Assembly (NCBI GenBank): GCA_965230295.1 | Contig: OZ246001.1 | Location: 3,944,075-4,008,074, forward strand | Source: Marinicella sp. | Lineage (GTDB): Bacteria > Pseudomonadota > Gammaproteobacteria > Xanthomonadales > Marinicellaceae | Reading direction: 5' to 3' | Length of the DNA: 64,000 nt | Part shown: piece after piece, positions 1-9,567 of the stretch | Position numbering within the stretch: position 1 is the first letter of the stretch | How the letters are laid out: each line of letters starts with the position of its first letter | Translations under genes and position numbers: made by a program | The notes under the pieces: generated by a model | The model's database searches: none | What the model saw: only the letters and a program-made list of their open reading frames with translations | Told to the model about the DNA's origin: nothing

Positions 1-1
1 A

Positions 2-646
2 GAAAGTGGTGGTCATGGCAACATTGACCCAAGGTTGAAATTAGAACTACTGAACACAATCAAACTGCAATTTGAGAACCGCAGATATGTACAAGACATC
101 CAGATCATTCCACAACTGTACATGAGCCAAAGCAACCATGCTGACCAGTTAAAACAAATCAGACAACTTTATCAATTGGATGTGATTGCGCTGGTATCCT
201 ACGATCAAATTGTTAACCGCAAAGAAAATCTGTTGGCCATTACTTATTTAACCATTGTAGGTAATTACATTTTCCCGGGATCTCACTTCAATGTCAGTAC
301 ATTGATTGATATGGCATTGATAGACCTGGACTCGAAGCGCCTTTTGTTCCGTGCAGCAGGTACCCATGGTTCCAAAGGAGCCTCAGCAGAAGCCTATACC
401 AGACACCAGTATGACAAACACCAAAACAGGGATTTCGCTCATGCCATGGACATGTTAAAAACCAATTTAGCCAATGAATTACAAGCCTTTGAAAACAGAC
501 TGCGGGCCAAGGACCCCAGCGATGACATCAAAGTAATGGCAAAACCAGGTTACCAAATGATTGCTGGCTGGCAGTTACTTTTATTGTTGTTGACAGTCAT
601 GATGATAAAAATGCGGTATACCATGGGACAAAAGTCCGAGCTCTGA
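2..646 (+). CDS. Rhombotarget lipoprotein (5'-partial; frame open from window start), C-terminal hydrophobic anchor
   Basis: LLAITYLTIVGNYIFPG...STLIDMALIDLDSKRLLFRAAG resembles the rhombotarget lipoprotein family. It ends in WQLLLLLLTVMMIKMR (TM segment plus basic residues) and its stop overlaps a rhomboid gene (TGATG). Confidence 0.75.
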   Translation, partial: ESGGHGNIDPRLKLELLNTIKLQFENRRYVQDIQIIPQLYMSQSNHADQLKQIRQLYQLDVIALVSYDQIVNRKENLLAITYLTIVGNYIFPGSHFNVSTLIDMALIDLDSKRLLFRAAGTHGSKGASAEAYTRHQYDKHQNRDFAHAMDMLKTNLANELQAFENRLRAKDPSDDIKVMAKPGYQMIAGWQLLLLLLTVMMIKMRYTMGQKSEL

Positions 647-1206
647 TGAGATACCTATTGAACAATCATTACTTTTTCCTGTGGATGTGTGTGGTGAATA
701 CAGCTGTGGCTGTGGAATTTGGTTATTTATCTCCTTTAACAGGATATGTTCAAGGTGACCACTCCCCAATTCATACGCTACTGACCACACACTTCACTCA
801 TCAAAACACCCGACATTTGCTCTCTAATTTGGTTGGATTGTGGATGCTGCTGTATTTGTTTCCGAACAAAATTAAGGCCATACTGACTTCATTTTTTTTG
901 TGTGTATTGATGACTGCCTGGTATGTTCAGTATTCTGAAATCTATGCTTTTGTGGGTTTTTCTGCACTGCTGTATTGTTTACCAGGGATTTATTTATTCC
1001 ACAGCCTGGTTAATAAAAAATTCCACATCAGCTTGTTCATATTAATGATTCTTTACGCTTATTTGTATATGATAGTACCCATGAATTCACTGGAAAACAG
1101 TCAATGGCGCCCGATGACAGCTGCTCACCTGATTGGCTTCGTTTCAGGGTTTTTGACAGGCTTTCTTGACTATGTACCCAATGACAAAACAGCCACATTA
1201 AACTGA
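646..1206 (+). CDS. Rhombosortase / rhomboid-family intramembrane serine protease
   Basis: Rhomboid motifs THFTH..HLLSN, catalytic GFS (FVGFSALLY) and catalytic H (AAHLIGFVSG); multiple TM segments; adjacent to the rhombotarget lipoprotein. Confidence 0.8.
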   Translation: MRYLLNNHYFFLWMCVVNTAVAVEFGYLSPLTGYVQGDHSPIHTLLTTHFTHQNTRHLLSNLVGLWMLLYLFPNKIKAILTSFFLCVLMTAWYVQYSEIYAFVGFSALLYCLPGIYLFHSLVNKKFHISLFILMILYAYLYMIVPMNSLENSQWRPMTAAHLIGFVSGFLTGFLDYVPNDKTATLN

Positions 1207-1213
1207 AGTTTGA

Positions 1214-1855
1214 ATGAATAAAGCAACATTTTTCATATTCATCATCACATCCCTGACTTTTTTCAATTCGACCAGCCAAGCTGCAAAAACTTTTTGTGGC
1301 AACAACCCCAAGGCCAAAGAGCTGGCTCAATTAATCCAATCACATAAGCGACAAAAAAGAGCCACTTTGACATGTAATGATAAACTGAATGAAATTGCAC
1401 TCATTAAGGTTAAACACATCATCGAAAACCAAGACATTTGGCACAATGCAGGACGCATGGCTCCCAATCAACTGCTCCGCCATCATGGATTTAAACTGCC
1501 TAATACTTATCCATTATTCGGCAATCAAGTTGAGGCACTTGCAGGTGGCGAAGCTTCAGCTGAATTGGTGTTCAGTGACCTTTTAAACAGTGAACCACAC
1601 AGAAAATTATTACTGGGCGATGATTTATTCTTTTCTCAACAAGACCAGATAGGAGTCGCTTATATCGAAGCACTTGACACCGATCACCGACACTTCTGGG
1701 TGGTTATCATTGCTGACGAAAAAAACACACAAATCAAACAGGATCCTGTTATCAATGTGGAACCTCTTGTGATAGCACCTAAAAAAAGGAATCGTGGCAG
1801 AGAAATTAAAGAACGCATGTATCGCAACAAAGCGAAAAAAATCAAAAGGTTTTAG
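1214..1855 (+). CDS. Exported CAP (SCP-like) domain protein
   Basis: Signal peptide; LTCNDKLNEIA, WHN, LLNSEPHRKLLL, IGVAY and FWVV motifs typical of CAP domains; basic C-terminal tail. Confidence 0.75.
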   Translation: MNKATFFIFIITSLTFFNSTSQAAKTFCGNNPKAKELAQLIQSHKRQKRATLTCNDKLNEIALIKVKHIIENQDIWHNAGRMAPNQLLRHHGFKLPNTYPLFGNQVEALAGGEASAELVFSDLLNSEPHRKLLLGDDLFFSQQDQIGVAYIEALDTDHRHFWVVIIADEKNTQIKQDPVINVEPLVIAPKKRNRGREIKERMYRNKAKKIKRF

Positions 1856-1859
1856 TTGA

Positions 1860-2324
1860 TTAAACCAACCCTTCAAAACCAAGATCAGACAATGCTTGGT
1901 ATAAGACAATAGCAGCTGTGTTGGATAAGTTCAAACTGCGACTATCGGCTCTCATCGGGATGCGGATATTATGGATAGAATCATGCATAAGCACCTCATC
2001 TGGTAAGCCCCTGGTCTCTGGTCCAAACAGCAAACAATCATTCACCTGAAAGTCTACTTGATGATGATAGGCCTTGGCTTTGGTTGTGAGGGCAAAGATT
2101 CGGTTGAATGCTTGCCCTGACATAAACGCAGCAAAATTTTCATGTTGTTTTACTTTTGCCCATTCATGGTAATCAAGCCCGGCTCTGCGCAATGCTTTCA
2201 CCTCCATATCAAAACCCAATGGGTGAATCAAGTGTAATTGGGCTCCGGTATTGGCACACAAACGAATGATGTTACCGGTATTGGGTGGAATTTCTGGTTC
2301 ATATAAAGCAATGTGCAACATCAT
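1860..2324 (-). CDS. trmL: tRNA (cytidine/uridine(34)-2'-O)-methyltransferase
   Basis: LYEPEIPPNTGNIIRLCANTG, LRRAGLDYHE, FGPETRGLP and RSLNLSN motifs. Confidence 0.95.
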   Translation of the reverse strand: MMLHIALYEPEIPPNTGNIIRLCANTGAQLHLIHPLGFDMEVKALRRAGLDYHEWAKVKQHENFAAFMSGQAFNRIFALTTKAKAYHHQVDFQVNDCLLFGPETRGLPDEVLMHDSIHNIRIPMRADSRSLNLSNTAAIVLYQALSDLGFEGLV

Positions 2325-2466
2325 TATTTACTGAAAAAAAATGTCATTTTAGCCAATTGTGAATTCGACAACAATCCGTTTTAAGAATTGGAAAATATAT
2401 CTTGATCTCAAGAAAAAATGCTTATCACAGTTGGCAGGACTTTGTTAGAATAACACCAAGAGAGGA

Positions 2467-4428
2467 ATGATAATGCAAACATTGAAAAACAGCACTTTAT
2501 TGATACTCTTGGCCCTGATCAACATATCTATTGTAACCACTTCTCAAGCAGCCGTTGCCAGAGGGTGGAATGAAGTATTGTTAGATGCCATTCGTTCAGA
2601 TTTGGCCAGGCCAACAGTACATGCCCGAAACTTATACCACATTTCAGCTGCCATGTATGATGCCTGGTGTGTTTACGACTCACAATGCGATGGCGTATTC
2701 TACTTGAATAAGCATCCGTCCAGTGATCTCAGCAACGATCGTCATGAAGCCATCAGCTATGCAGCTTACCGATTACTGATTTGGCGTTTCACGTCATCTG
2801 TGGGCGCTGCTGTAACCATTCCTGCCATCAATAATCACATGGCTGGTTTAGGTTACGACGCCAACATCACATCAACCACCGGTGACTCCGCAGCAGCCAT
2901 AGGCAATCGAATTGCTCAAACGATCATTGATGTTGGTCTGAGTGATGGTGCCAATGAAAGTAATGATTACGGTAATCAATATTATCAGCCAGTCAATGAT
3001 CCACTGTTACCTGATCTACCTGGTAACCCGGACATCACAGACCCAAACAGGTGGCAGCCATTGGCATTGGATTTTTTTATTGGGCAATCTGGTATTATAT
3101 TGGGTGAATACCCGGATTTCCTGAGTCCTGAATGGGGTCATGTCACACCTTTTTCATTACTCAGAAGTCAACGCAGAATATATCAACGGGATCAACAGAT
3201 TTATCCTATTTACAACGACCCCGGTCCACCACCTTTTCTGGGTGGCAGCACAACTGTTGACTACAAATCAGGCTTTGAACAAGTCTTGGAATTCAGCAGC
3301 CTGTTAGACCCGTCAGATGGCATCATGATCGACATCAGCCCCGCCTCTCGTGGTAACAATGACCTGGGAACCAATAACGGTAATGGCAGGCCTCAAAACC
3401 CAATAACTGGCCAGCCTTATACCCCGCAGATTGTTCCTGCCGGAGATTATTACCGTGTTTTGGCTGAGTTTTGGGCCGATGGACCAGATTCTGAAACACC
3501 ACCTGGCCATTGGTTTACCATTTTAAATACCGTCACTGATCATCCATTATTCGAACAAAGATTCCAAGGCCAAGGACCTGAATTAAGTGATTTGGAGTGG
3601 GAAGTCAAAAGTTATTTAACCTTGGGTGGTACCATGCACGATGCTGCCATCACCGCCTGGAGCATCAAGGGTTGGTATGACTACATCAGACCGGTATCAG
3701 CAATCCGTTACATGTGCTCTCAGGGCCAAAGTTCAGACCCCAATGCAGCCAGTTTTCATACCGAAGGCATCAACTTACAACCTGGCGTGATTGAGTTGAT
3801 TACCACCCAAACCATTCAACCAGGTGGCATTCATGAACATTTGGCAGGATTAGGTAATGAGAACCTGGGCAAGATTGCTGTCAATGCTTGGCAAGGGCCT
3901 GACTACATCATTGACCCAGAAACCACGACTGCTGGTGTGGGTTGGATATTGTGTGACAATTGGTGGCCATACCAAAGACCATCATTTGTTTCTCCACCAT
4001 TTGCAGGATATGTATCAGGACACAGTGTTTTTTCACGAGCAGCAGCTGAAATAATGACTTTGATGACGGGAACTGAGTTTTTCCCAGGTGGTATGAGTGG
4101 ATTTGTTGCCCAACAAAATGATTTCCTGGTTTTTGAAGACGGCCCCAGCGTAGACATCATCTTACAATGGGCCACCTATCAAGACGCCGCAGATGAAACC
4201 AGTATCTCAAGAATATATGGCGGTATACACCCGACTGCAGATGACATTCCTGGACGATTTTTAGGTTATGACATTGGCCACCAAGCTTTTGCGCATGCTT
4301 TGACATTTTTCAATGGCAATTCTCGTGGGCAAGCACAACCTGTACCGATCAATGGCAAGCTGGTCATGCTGTTGATCACATTGGTCATGTTGGTCTCATC
4401 CAGATATTATTTTAAGTTACGTCAATAA
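2467..4428 (+). CDS. Vanadium-dependent haloperoxidase-like (PAP2 superfamily) exported protein with C-terminal membrane anchor
   Basis: Signal peptide; vanadate-binding motifs KGWYDYIRP, PPFAGYVSGHS and SRIYGGIH; C-terminal QPVPING + hydrophobic helix + RYYFKLRQ. Confidence 0.8.
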   Translation: MIMQTLKNSTLLILLALINISIVTTSQAAVARGWNEVLLDAIRSDLARPTVHARNLYHISAAMYDAWCVYDSQCDGVFYLNKHPSSDLSNDRHEAISYAAYRLLIWRFTSSVGAAVTIPAINNHMAGLGYDANITSTTGDSAAAIGNRIAQTIIDVGLSDGANESNDYGNQYYQPVNDPLLPDLPGNPDITDPNRWQPLALDFFIGQSGIILGEYPDFLSPEWGHVTPFSLLRSQRRIYQRDQQIYPIYNDPGPPPFLGGSTTVDYKSGFEQVLEFSSLLDPSDGIMIDISPASRGNNDLGTNNGNGRPQNPITGQPYTPQIVPAGDYYRVLAEFWADGPDSETPPGHWFTILNTVTDHPLFEQRFQGQGPELSDLEWEVKSYLTLGGTMHDAAITAWSIKGWYDYIRPVSAIRYMCSQGQSSDPNAASFHTEGINLQPGVIELITTQTIQPGGIHEHLAGLGNENLGKIAVNAWQGPDYIIDPETTTAGVGWILCDNWWPYQRPSFVSPPFAGYVSGHSVFSRAAAEIMTLMTGTEFFPGGMSGFVAQQNDFLVFEDGPSVDIILQWATYQDAADETSISRIYGGIHPTADDIPGRFLGYDIGHQAFAHALTFFNGNSRGQAQPVPINGKLVMLLITLVMLVSSRYYFKLRQ

Positions 4429-4449
4429 CTGACAGATCAACCTGTGGCC

Positions 4450-5307
4450 ATGAAAAAGTTACGACCTTATCTTTTACTGATGCGTGTAGATCGACCCATT
4501 GGTACTTTGTTGTTGTTGTGGCCAACGTGGTGGGCACTGTGGGCTGCCAGTGATGGTCATCCGGACTTCAATACTTGGCTGATCTTTACGGTGGGCGTAT
4601 TTTTGATGCGATCTGCCGGTTGTGTGGTCAACGACATTGCTGACAGAAAGTACGACGGTCATGTGAACCGCACCCAAAATCGTCCATTAGCACAAAACAA
4701 AGTGCCAGTTAACAATGCATGGCTTTTGTTTATTTTTCTGATGCTGGCAGCAGCATCTTTACTGTTGTTGCTAAAAACCCTGACAGTTATATTGGCATTG
4801 GTGGCAGCCTTTTTTGCCATCACCTACCCACTGATGAAGCGAGTCACCTATTTACCACAAGTATATTTGGGCATCGCCTTTTCATTTTCGATACCGATGG
4901 CTTACGCTGAAATCACCGGGTCTGTTCCCAAGGTCGCTTGGCTATTATTTGTGGCCAACATTCTATGGACCACTGCCTACGACACCATATATGCCATGGT
5001 TGATCGCAAGGATGACCTTAAAATCGGAGTCAAATCGACGGCCATCTTGTTTGGTGATTTAGACCGTGTCATCATCGCCATCATTCAACTGATGACTGTT
5101 TTGGCTTTTTTTCTATTCGGCAAACAATCAGAGTTCAGCGCCCCCTATTACATGGCCGTGATCATCGTATTGTGGTTGTTTGTCCATCAACAATTTCAAA
5201 TTTTAGCCAGAAAAGAAGACAAGTGTTTCAAAGCATTTCTGCACAATAACTGGGTGGGCATGGTTATATTTATCGGAATTTTCACCCATTTTCTCTTGAA
5301 ATCCTGA
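4450..5307 (+). CDS. ubiA: 4-hydroxybenzoate octaprenyltransferase
   Basis: LMRVDRPIGTLLLLWP, MRSAGCVVNDIADRKYDGHVNRTQNRPL and YDTIYAMVDRKDDLKIGVKSTA. Confidence 0.95.
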   Translation: MKKLRPYLLLMRVDRPIGTLLLLWPTWWALWAASDGHPDFNTWLIFTVGVFLMRSAGCVVNDIADRKYDGHVNRTQNRPLAQNKVPVNNAWLLFIFLMLAAASLLLLLKTLTVILALVAAFFAITYPLMKRVTYLPQVYLGIAFSFSIPMAYAEITGSVPKVAWLLFVANILWTTAYDTIYAMVDRKDDLKIGVKSTAILFGDLDRVIIAIIQLMTVLAFFLFGKQSEFSAPYYMAVIIVLWLFVHQQFQILARKEDKCFKAFLHNNWVGMVIFIGIFTHFLLKS

Positions 5308-5368
5308 AAAGCAAACATACATAGTTTTTGAACTTAATCGCCGCTTACGGGATTCAGTCATTAACTCG

Positions 5369-5431
5369 ATTTGGCCTTAATAAAAAGGCAAATCACCAAC
5401 AAACATATTGCTTAATCAGGAGAATATTATG
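5369..5431 (+). promoter_or_regulatory. ROSE-like RNA thermometer in the ibpA 5' UTR
   Basis: Hairpin ATATT-G-CTT...GAG-AATAT (5405-5427) pairs a UUGCU motif against the AGGAG SD with a bulged G. An upstream hairpin GATTT-G-GCCTT/AAGGC-AAATC lies at 5369-5395. A sigma32-like -35 CTTGAAA is at 5295-5301 with a weak -10. Confidence 0.65.
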
Positions 5432-5899
5432 AATTTCGATTTAACCCCCCTATTCCGTACGTCTATTGGATTTGACCGCATGGCTCAATTATTGGACCAA
5501 GCCAATCGCATTGATCAAACACCCAGTTATCCTCCGTACAACATCGAAAGTATCGATGAAAACAATTACCGAATCACCTTGGCCTTAGCAGGTTTCAGTG
5601 ATCAAGACTTGACCATCACTTCAGAGCAAAATACTTTAACTGTTAAAGGTAAAAAAGAATCTGATGTAGAAGGAAAGTTCATCCATCGAGGAATCGCCAA
5701 CCGTTCATTTGAACGCCGTTTCCAATTGGCTGATCATGTTAAAGTCAAAGCCGCTAACATGATCAATGGCTTGTTACACATTGAACTGGAACGTGAAATT
5801 CCAGAAGCCATGAAACCCAGAACCATTGCCATTGGTACAGAGCAAAAAACCATTGAACAAAAGCCTGAAATTGTTAAGGACAGCAAAGACGTGGCTTAA
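5429..5899 (+). CDS. ibpA: Small heat shock protein, Hsp20/IbpA family
   Basis: FDLTPLFRTSIGFDR, SYPPYNIE, HRGIANRSFERRFQLADHV and NGLLHIELEREIPEAMKPR; SD AGGAG precedes ATG 5429. Confidence 0.93.
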   Translation: MNFDLTPLFRTSIGFDRMAQLLDQANRIDQTPSYPPYNIESIDENNYRITLALAGFSDQDLTITSEQNTLTVKGKKESDVEGKFIHRGIANRSFERRFQLADHVKVKAANMINGLLHIELEREIPEAMKPRTIAIGTEQKTIEQKPEIVKDSKDVA

Positions 5900-5917
5900 T
5901 CACCCAACCAACCCACG

Positions 5918-5950
5918 AAAAAGGCCTGCGCATTTGCAGGCCTTTTTTTT
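5918..5950. terminator. Bidirectional rho-independent terminator between ibpA and arcA
   Basis: AAAAAGGCCTGC-GCATTT-GCAGGCCTTTTTTTT: GC stem flanked by A and T tracts between convergent genes. Confidence 0.85.
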
Positions 5951-5986
5951 CATCAGTTCATTAGGGCCTGTTAACAGGCGCTGGTC

Positions 5987-7240
5987 TTACCAAGCAACAG
6001 CGTCTCTGTGCACCGGCATTGTCATACATCGACACCCACCACCACCACGTGACAATTCAGAACCATCCATGGCAACAGCCGCTTTTCCTTGAGGCATGGT
6101 TACTTGACCACTGATGATGTCTTTGGCATCAATGATTTCAAAACCCGCCTGGTCTAATGCTTCCATGGTCGCTTTGTTGTGCTTATAACCAATGATGTGT
6201 CCAGGCGCAAAGGTGAAAAAATTAGCCCCGCTGGTCCATTGTTCACGTTCTTGCGAAAATGGGTTATCACCACCACAATTGACGAAATTCAATTCCAGGC
6301 CAAACAAGCGCAAAGCTTTGGGCAAGCCCGAATACTCATTGATGTAATTAATTTTGCCATTGGTGCAGCTGAGGTGAAAAGCTTTGCATTTACCAGCACC
6401 TGTGATCAAAGGTGAAAAATTCATGACTGTATCCACATCCAACATGGTAAAAATCATGTCTAAATGGATGGTGGCTCTGATCTTAGGCAGTTCAACGACA
6501 ACAATATCAAGGTTTTCATGCCCAATTGAAAGCTTTTCGGCCATGCGATCTATGGCCCTGGCTGAAGTTCTTTCTGAATAACCAATCACCAATAAATCAT
6601 CACGAATCACCAGCAAGTCACCGCCTTCAATGGTCAGTTCTTCAGATTGTCTTCTGGTGCCGTCAAAATGAAAGCCTTGTCCTTTCAGTTTGGGGTGGTT
6701 ATTGAATATTGATTTGAGCAACAATGCTTCAGTCAATCTGACCCTGTGTGCCATCGAACCAATGATGGTTTTGTCATACACACACATCACAGCATCTCTG
6801 GTAAAGAATGCATTGGGCAAAGGTGGAATGGCATGCCTGGAAGGACTGATGTAACGCTCCAGGGTATTTTTCTTTAACAATGTACCTTGAAACAACTGGG
6901 CCGATAAATCCTTGGCATCAAAAGCCATCAGGTCGTCGACCAATTCATGATGTCCATGCAGTGCACACACATCCTGCAATAAGTCTAATTTGACTTTAGA
7001 ATCTTCTAAAACATCGGCCAGTAAAGTTCTGAATTCTAAAACATTGTCTGCAACTTTATTTAACACACCAGCCAATTGGGCATGCTCCTTTAAAGCCAAA
7101 TCCAACGTCAAAATATCATCATACAATACCTCATGTGCCGTTTCTGGCGTCATGTTTTCCATTTCAGTACCCGGCTCATGAATGATCACGGTATTCAACT
7201 TCCCGATTTCAGAATAATTTGAAATTTTTGCGGTGGACAT
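5987..7240 (-). CDS. arcA: Arginine deiminase
   Basis: N-terminal SEIGKLNTVIIHEPG, PNAFFTRD, IEGGD, IHLDMIF, and C-terminal SELSRGGGGCRCMTMP with the catalytic Cys. Confidence 0.88.
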   Translation of the reverse strand: MSTAKISNYSEIGKLNTVIIHEPGTEMENMTPETAHEVLYDDILTLDLALKEHAQLAGVLNKVADNVLEFRTLLADVLEDSKVKLDLLQDVCALHGHHELVDDLMAFDAKDLSAQLFQGTLLKKNTLERYISPSRHAIPPLPNAFFTRDAVMCVYDKTIIGSMAHRVRLTEALLLKSIFNNHPKLKGQGFHFDGTRRQSEELTIEGGDLLVIRDDLLVIGYSERTSARAIDRMAEKLSIGHENLDIVVVELPKIRATIHLDMIFTMLDVDTVMNFSPLITGAGKCKAFHLSCTNGKINYINEYSGLPKALRLFGLELNFVNCGGDNPFSQEREQWTSGANFFTFAPGHIIGYKHNKATMEALDQAGFEIIDAKDIISGQVTMPQGKAAVAMDGSELSRGGGGCRCMTMPVHRDAVAW

Positions 7241-7245
7241 AAGAC

Positions 7246-8298
7246 TTACTCGTCAAAAGAGATGTGGATTTTACTTGAGCGTGCCACTGATTGGCAACTG
7301 AGAATATAACCAGCATCCGTTTCCCAAGTTTCTAATGAATAATTATTGATCATTTCTACTTCACCTTCGACCAGCTTACAGCGGCAGGTGGCACAAACAC
7401 CTGCTTTACACGAATAAGGCAAATCAACACCAGCATCTTCGGCTGATTCCAGTAAGGTGGCCTGGGTTCCGGCCAATAGATTGAATTCATGATTGGCACC
7501 ATCCAAAGTTACAGTCACCCCAGCATCCTCCTTAATGGTTTTTTCAGCCAATGAGATTTCTTGACCATCGCTGAGAAAGCGTTCATTATGAATGAGCACA
7601 TCATCTATTCCTAAGTCAGTCAATGTGGCACATACGTTGTCAATCATGCCGCCAGGCCCACATACAAAATACCCTTGGGCATCGATGTGCTTGACGAGGT
7701 GATCATTTAACAATTTGATTTTATCTGCATCAAACCTGCCTTGATACAATGGCATGTCTACTTTTTGCTGGGATAAAAAATAATGCACGCTGAAACGAGA
7801 ACCAAACCGATCTTTTAAGTAAGCAATTTGTTCATGTAACAAGACATCTGAAGTCTTGCTGTTACCATAAAACAGAACAAATTCTGCTGATTCAGTTTGT
7901 TCCATTGCGGCATAAATCATCCCCATGACCGGGGTGATTCCAGAACCTGCAGCAAAAGCCACATAATGTGCGCCCTCTTGGGGTTCAAGCATGAAATGTC
8001 CACTGGGTGGTAACACATCGATTCGTTGACCAGCTTCTACACCTTGAGCAAATTGAGAAAATCGACCATCATCGACTGCCTTGATCAAAACATCCAATTC
8101 GTTTTGACGGGTTTGCGAAGAACAGATTGAATAACTGCGGCGTAACTCTTCACCATTAATGATGGCTTTGAAGGTTAAATGCTGACCCGGGATAAATGCG
8201 AATTCTTCAAGCAATTCATCAGGAATGTCCAGGGTCCAAATAACCGCGTTGGGCTGTGCTTGGATGGACTTTATCATTAAAGATTGAAATTTATACAT
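7246..8298 (-). CDS. paaE: Phenylacetyl-CoA epoxidase reductase subunit (FAD/NAD-binding + 2Fe-2S)
   Basis: PGQHL, RRSYSICS, AAGSGITP, CGP, and C-terminal PYSCKAGVCATCRC ferredoxin motif; last gene of the paaABCD run. Confidence 0.9.
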   Translation of the reverse strand: MYKFQSLMIKSIQAQPNAVIWTLDIPDELLEEFAFIPGQHLTFKAIINGEELRRSYSICSSQTRQNELDVLIKAVDDGRFSQFAQGVEAGQRIDVLPPSGHFMLEPQEGAHYVAFAAGSGITPVMGMIYAAMEQTESAEFVLFYGNSKTSDVLLHEQIAYLKDRFGSRFSVHYFLSQQKVDMPLYQGRFDADKIKLLNDHLVKHIDAQGYFVCGPGGMIDNVCATLTDLGIDDVLIHNERFLSDGQEISLAEKTIKEDAGVTVTLDGANHEFNLLAGTQATLLESAEDAGVDLPYSCKAGVCATCRCKLVEGEVEMINNYSLETWETDAGYILSCQSVARSSKIHISFDE

Positions 8299-8800
8299 GG
8301 CATTTAAAATAATCAAAAGGTTCTAAACAGCTTTCACATCGATACAATGCCTTACAGGCCGTTGAACCAAATTCACTGATACAGGTGGTGTTTTCCGAGT
8401 GACACTGTGGACACTTGATTTTGCTATCTTCCCGAGCCAATGGTGGTGCAATACCATAGGCTTGCATGGCAAGTCTTCCACTGTCTGAAATCATGCGGGT
8501 GTTCCAGACAGGGTCATCGAGCAATTGGACATCAACACCAGTAAGCCCATTACTAACAAATTTTTCCATCAATGCCTTTTCAATATCAGTTTTGATGGCA
8601 TGCATGGCTGGGCAACCGGAATAGGTAGGAATGATGCCGACAATAATCGTATTATCATGCACTTTAACCTGCTGCAAAATGCCCAATTCCTGGATGCTGA
8701 TCACTGGAATCTCCGGGTCTTTGACTTGGGCCAATTCAGCATAAACCTCGTCTACAGTGATGGTTAGCTCGTCATGAGACACCGGCTCTTTCACGACCAT
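8291..8800 (-). CDS. paaD: Phenylacetyl-CoA epoxidase subunit PaaD (DUF59/FeS assembly-like)
   Basis: VKDPEIPVISI, PTYSGCPAM, CPQC...FGSTACKALYRC..C.EPFDYFKCH. Confidence 0.92.
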   Translation of the reverse strand: MVVKEPVSHDELTITVDEVYAELAQVKDPEIPVISIQELGILQQVKVHDNTIIVGIIPTYSGCPAMHAIKTDIEKALMEKFVSNGLTGVDVQLLDDPVWNTRMISDSGRLAMQAYGIAPPLAREDSKIKCPQCHSENTTCISEFGSTACKALYRCESCLEPFDYFKCHV

Positions 8801-9567
8801 CACCAATCGCAATTCGGGTATGCCCGTTGTAAAAACTGCATGTCTGCAAGCATGTAACCAAGGTGCTCAGAGTGCTCACCTTGTAGGCCACCAGTGGCAA
8901 CCCAACCCGACTCAGGCAAATTCAACTGACAATGATTCAAATGGGCCAAAACATGTGAGCTCCATGCCTCATTCAGTGCCAAATAATCAGCAATCAATCC
9001 TTGTGAAATCAATTCATTCATACCTGCATCAGTTTCAAACATTTCAGGGGTATAAAACCACAAATCATCCAATGCTTTTTGCATGCGTTTTTTGGCCTCT
9101 TCGGTACTGAGAGACAACCGCTCTAGCCATGACTCACTTCTTTTCAGGTGATACTTTACCTCCATCAATGCTTTTTTAGCAGCCAATGCCAAAGGTTCAT
9201 GTTTTGAGGCCACCAAAGCCTGATATAAATACAAGTTAAACACATCAACGAAATACTGCTTCATCATGGTAAAACCAAAGTCTCCCTTGGGCAATTCGGT
9301 GATGATGGGATTGCGGTATTCATGTGCATCCCGCAAAAAGGCCAACTCATCGGCTGTCGATTTCTCCGGGTTCAGTTCAACGGCGAGCTGATAGAAAATA
9401 TTGGCATGTCCAATCATGTCCAAGGACACATTGGTTAAAGCCACATCTTCTTCAAGATAAGGTCCATGACCACACCATTCGGCCAGCCTTTGACCCATGG
9501 TCAATGAAGAGTCTGCCAATCGCAGCAAGTATTCATACAAAGCGGTGTTATTGCTGGAACCAGTCAT
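8800..9567 (-). CDS. paaC: Phenylacetyl-CoA epoxidase subunit PaaC
   Basis: QRLAEWCGHGPYLEEDVALTN, GEHSEHLGYMLADMQFLQRAYP. Confidence 0.93.
   Translation of the reverse strand: MTGSSNNTALYEYLLRLADSSLTMGQRLAEWCGHGPYLEEDVALTNVSLDMIGHANIFYQLAVELNPEKSTADELAFLRDAHEYRNPIITELPKGDFGFTMMKQYFVDVFNLYLYQALVASKHEPLALAAKKALMEVKYHLKRSESWLERLSLSTEEAKKRMQKALDDLWFYTPEMFETDAGMNELISQGLIADYLALNEAWSSHVLAHLNHCQLNLPESGWVATGGLQGEHSEHLGYMLADMQFLQRAYPNCDW

Noticed and set aside
2467-5307. Haloperoxidase next to a prenyltransferase as a halogenated meroterpenoid cluster
   Set aside because: UbiA looks like the ordinary ubiquinone enzyme, the haloperoxidase is exported, and no PKS or terpene genes are adjacent.
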